Source: an uncultured Chloroflexia bacterium | GTDB taxonomy: Bacteria > Chloroflexota > Dehalococcoidia > UBA2979 | DNA length: 64,000 nt | Direction of reading: 5' to 3' | Assembly (NCBI GenBank): GCA_963728205.1 | Contig: CAVSIV010000006.1 | Location: forward strand, 1,184,001 to 1,248,000 | Notes under the pieces: generated by a model | What the model was told of the DNA's origin: nothing | The model's database searches: none | Seen by the model: the letters and a program-made list of their open reading frames with translations, nothing else | Position numbers and translations under genes: made by a program | Shown here: in pieces, positions 61,787 to 64,000 of the stretch | How the letters are laid out: the number at the start of each line of letters is the position of its first letter | Numbering within the stretch: position 1 is the stretch's first letter

Positions 61787-63085
61787 ATGAGCGACGTGAT
61801 CGGCATCTCGCTGCTCGGCGCGGGCAACGTCGGGTCCGGTGTCGTGGCCGCGCTTGCGCGCGGTCGCGAGCGCCACGCCGGCCACGTCGGCCGTCCGCTC
61901 GCGCTGCGGCGCGTGCTCGTGCGCGACCTCGCCCGCGACCGCGACGGCGTAGCCGCCGAGCAACTCACCACCGACCTCGACGCCGTCCTCGCGGACGCCG
62001 AGACGCGCATCGTCGTCGAGCTGATGGGCGGCGAGCAGCCGGCGTTTGACTACATCACGCGCACGCTCGCCTCGGGCCGCCACGTCGTCACCGCGAACAA
62101 GGAGGTGATGGCGAAGCGCGGCGCGGAGCTGCTCGCCACCGCCGACGCGCACGGCGTCCGCCTGCTCTACGAGGCCTCGGTCGGCGGTGGCATCCCGATC
62201 ATCAGCCCGCTGTCGCGCGACCTGCTCGCGAACGACATCACGTCGGTGACGGCGATCATCAACGGCACGACGAACTACATGCTCACGGCGATGACCGAGC
62301 AGGGCGCGGGGTACGACGCCGTGCTGGCCGAGGCCCAGCGCCTCGGCTACGCCGAGCCCGATCCGACCGCCGACGTCGAGGGCATCGACGCGGCCTACAA
62401 GCTCGCCATCCTCTGCGGTCTCGCGTTCCACGTGCAGGTCGTGCCCGAGGACGTGACGCGCCGCGGCATCACGCGGCTCACGGCCCGCGATTTCCTCTAC
62501 GCGCGCGAGCTCGGGTACACGATCAAGCTGCTCGCGAGCGGTCGACTGGTCGACGACCAGCTGGAGGCGACGGTCCAGCCGACGCTGGTCGCGTCCGGCG
62601 AGCCGCTCGCAAAGGTCGACGGCGTGCTCAACGCCATTCAGATCGAGGGCGATCTCGTCGGGCGCGTGGTCTTCGAGGGGCCGGGCGCCGGCCGCCTGCC
62701 GACGGCGAGCGCCGTGCTCGCCGACGTGCTCGACGTCGCACGAGACATCGTCGCCGGGCGCGTCGAGCGGCCGGAGCCGGGCCGCCGCGCGGTGCGTGTG
62801 CGCCCCGCGGACGAGCACCGGTCGCGCTTCTACATCCGCGTCACCGTCGTCGACCAGGCAGGGGTGCTCGCGCGCATCGCCGGCGCGCTCGGCGACAGCG
62901 ACGTCAGCATCGCGTCGGTCATCCAGTTCGAGACCGACCCCGACCAGGGCACCGCCGAGCTCGTGCTGACGACGCACCAGGCCGTGGGCGGACCGCTGCG
63001 ACGCGCGATCGAGCGCATTGAGCAGATGGACGTCGTGCCCGAGGTTCGCGCGGTGCTGCCGATGACGGGGCAGGGCGCGCGATGA
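61787..63085 (+). CDS. hom: Homoserine dehydrogenase with ACT domain
   Basis: GAGNVG, VELMGG, VVTANK, YEASVGGGIP, NGTTNY, GYAEPDP, GPGAG, DQAGVLARI. Confidence 0.95.
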   Translation: MSDVIGISLLGAGNVGSGVVAALARGRERHAGHVGRPLALRRVLVRDLARDRDGVAAEQLTTDLDAVLADAETRIVVELMGGEQPAFDYITRTLASGRHVVTANKEVMAKRGAELLATADAHGVRLLYEASVGGGIPIISPLSRDLLANDITSVTAIINGTTNYMLTAMTEQGAGYDAVLAEAQRLGYAEPDPTADVEGIDAAYKLAILCGLAFHVQVVPEDVTRRGITRLTARDFLYARELGYTIKLLASGRLVDDQLEATVQPTLVASGEPLAKVDGVLNAIQIEGDLVGRVVFEGPGAGRLPTASAVLADVLDVARDIVAGRVERPEPGRRAVRVRPADEHRSRFYIRVTVVDQAGVLARIAGALGDSDVSIASVIQFETDPDQGTAELVLTTHQAVGGPLRRAIERIEQMDVVPEVRAVLPMTGQGAR

Positions 63086-64000
63086 CGACGCGCGGCCCGC
63101 AGCAGCCGGCCGGTGCCGCCGGGGGCGCGCCCACTGCCGCGGATCTCGCGGGAAGCTGGGTCGGTGACGAGCTGCAGCTCGCAACCGCCCGCGCGCAGGC
63201 GCTCGAGCGCGAGCTGGAGCACGTGCGCGCCGCGCTGGCGGCGCAGCAGGAGGAGGTCGCACGGCTGCAGGAGGTGCTCGCGACGGTCGATGGTCGCACG
63301 CGGCGGCACGAGGCCGGGCAGGATCTCGCGCGCGAGGTGAAGCAGGAGCTCGCCACGCTCCAGGAGCAGCTCGCGGCCGAGGCCTCCGTGCGGCGCGAGC
63401 TTGCCGCGCGGCTCGAGCGCACCACTGAGCGCGATCACGGCGACGAAGAGCGACTGCAGCGGGCGCTCGAGCTCGTCGTCCGCCGGCTCGATCGCTTCGA
63501 AGGCCGCCAGTCCGCGGTCGACGACCGGCAGCGCCACCTCGAGCTCGGCATCGCCGAGCGCGACCAGGGCGGCCAGGCGGCCGACGGTCGGCTCGACGCG
63601 CTCGAGCGCCGCGTCGACTCCGATCGCGAAGCCGTGCACCACGCCGCCGACGCGATCTCGCGGCTCGACGCCGCGCTGCCGGGTCTCGTGACCGGCATCG
63701 ACGAGTTGCGCCAGCGCCTGCAGGCCGTGCAGAACGACCAGCGCCGCCTCGACGACGACATCGCTTCGCTGCGCGCGGTGCGCGATCGCGAGGGCGACCT
63801 GCTCGAGGTGCTCGAGCAACAGCGTGCCACGCGCGCCCGGACGGAGGAGCGGTTGAACGCCGTCGAGGAGCAGATCGAGCAAGTCCGCCGCACGGTGGCG
63901 GACTCCGGAGACGAGCGCGCGCTGCTCGCGCGCTCGCAGTCCGGTGTGCAGGGGCAACTGCGCGGGCTGTCCGAGGAGCTCGAGGCGCTGCGCCTGCTCT
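63082..64000 (+). CDS. Long coiled-coil protein, partial (runs off window end)
   Basis: ATG overlaps the hom stop; frame open to the end; E/Q/R/L/A heptad pattern (ALERELEHVRAALAAQQEEVARLQEVL). Confidence 0.75.
   Translation, partial: MTTRGPQQPAGAAGGAPTAADLAGSWVGDELQLATARAQALERELEHVRAALAAQQEEVARLQEVLATVDGRTRRHEAGQDLAREVKQELATLQEQLAAEASVRRELAARLERTTERDHGDEERLQRALELVVRRLDRFEGRQSAVDDRQRHLELGIAERDQGGQAADGRLDALERRVDSDREAVHHAADAISRLDAALPGLVTGIDELRQRLQAVQNDQRRLDDDIASLRAVRDREGDLLEVLEQQRATRARTEERLNAVEEQIEQVRRTVADSGDERALLARSQSGVQGQLRGLSEELEALRLL

Overview
Very GC-rich, gene-dense core-chromosome segment, most consistent with Chloroflexota (Dehalococcoidia/Tepidiformales-like; inferred from gene content and order, not from a search). 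No tRNA, rRNA, CRISPR array, transposase or integrase was recognised. Housekeeping genes include gyrB, ychF, tatA, murT-gatD, two lgt copies, folPK, purF-M-H, purQ/purL, rpsU-yqeY-7TM-HD, rplI-dnaB-dnaD-like-dnaC-like, glyA, rpsF-ssb-rpsR and hom. Four conserved genes (gyrB, purM, dnaD-like, dnaC-like) each carry a 1-2 nt frameshift, probably assembly indels. Highlights: (1) an 8.5 kb sulfur-relay cluster behind a SAM-I riboswitch, with a ThrC-like PLP enzyme, a stand-alone NIL protein, three ubiquitin-like sulfur carriers (one fused to a MoeB/E1), a CymR-like Rrf2, CysK, CysM, rhodanese, an unknown protein and a JAMM peptidase; (2) a b6-type Rieske/cytochrome b operon whose cytochrome c is fused to two blue-copper domains, flanked by three microproteins the ORF track missed; (3) a candidate switch RNA between two XdhC gene fragments; (4) a promoter covered by two LexA-type boxes, with DnaA-box-like sites, upstream of rplI-dnaB.
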